In this document: piece by piece, positions 63,552 to 64,000 of the stretch
Numbering within the stretch: the first letter of the stretch is position 1
Layout: every line of letters begins with the position of its first letter
Assembly: GCF_964355755.1 (NCBI RefSeq)
Contig: NC_092671.1
Span: forward strand, 20,894,001 to 20,958,000
DNA from: Antedon mediterranea
Taxonomy: Eukaryota; Animalia; Echinodermata
Direction: 5' to 3'
DNA: 64,000 nucleotides
Program-made: the position numbers and the translations under genes
The notes under the pieces: model-generated
Database searches by the model: none
What the model saw: the letters and a program-made list of their open reading frames with translations, nothing else
Told to the model about the DNA's origin: nothing

Positions 63552-64000
63552 TGAACAAAACAAACATAAGTTCTTAAGAATTAAATTATTAATTTTTAGT
63601 TTTAATTAAAATCACATATACTGAGAAGTATGAATGAATGTTTAAGGTTTACTGTGCAATGTCATAACAAACATGTTAAGCTTCCTAATTAGTATTAGTT
63701 ATACATTATTATAAGTTAGTGATTCCAACAAAAAGGGGGACGAGTAAATAAACAATATCTATAATATAGTCATACTACGGTTACTTTGATTTGTTTTTAT
63801 TGTTCAACTATGGTTTTAAAATATGTAACAGTATACTGTATAGCATTTGTCATTCATTTACCGGAGTTTTTTTACAATTTTTAAACAGTGATATAGTTTA
63901 GATCTCTAAATTGTAATACTAAATATTAATAATGATCTTGGTGATGAAAATTTAACTGTGATGTTATTCATTAAAATTAATAGAATTACCTACTTAGGAC

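Noticed and set aside
1-64000. Autonomous Rep/helicase or transposase gene driving the nests
   Set aside because: No such ORF is in the window; the enzyme must act in trans.

Overview
AT-rich animal (probably invertebrate) genomic DNA, mostly transposable elements. The only host gene I can support is a minus-strand STARD3/STARD3NL-like (MENTAL domain) gene, with three in-phase coding exons at 53152-53349, 48005-48166 and 47491-47550 and a probable ATG-ending first exon at ~57858. I found no later exon, so 1-47490 is probably one very large intron. The dominant feature is a set of ~1.5 kb non-coding elements with Helentron/DINE-1-type ends (palindromic 5' subTIR head; 3' subTIR + hairpin + CTAG; T-rich insertion sites). 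They insert repeatedly into the T-rich tract 50-75 bp inside each other's 5' end and build Russian-doll nests. The best nest (21665-33278) has six stacked heads, which superficially resemble a CRISPR array, matched by six successive bodies and tails. Also present: Academ-like elements (TAG..CTA ends, 3-bp TSD, including a 2.3 kb palindrome), a Sola-like element, TA-TSD MITEs, CR1/L2-group LINE remnants (one with an open RT frame), and a tRNA-Asp(ATC)-like cloverleaf next to a minimal hammerhead ribozyme motif. All calls are by eye; superfamily names rest on terminal motifs and TSDs only.
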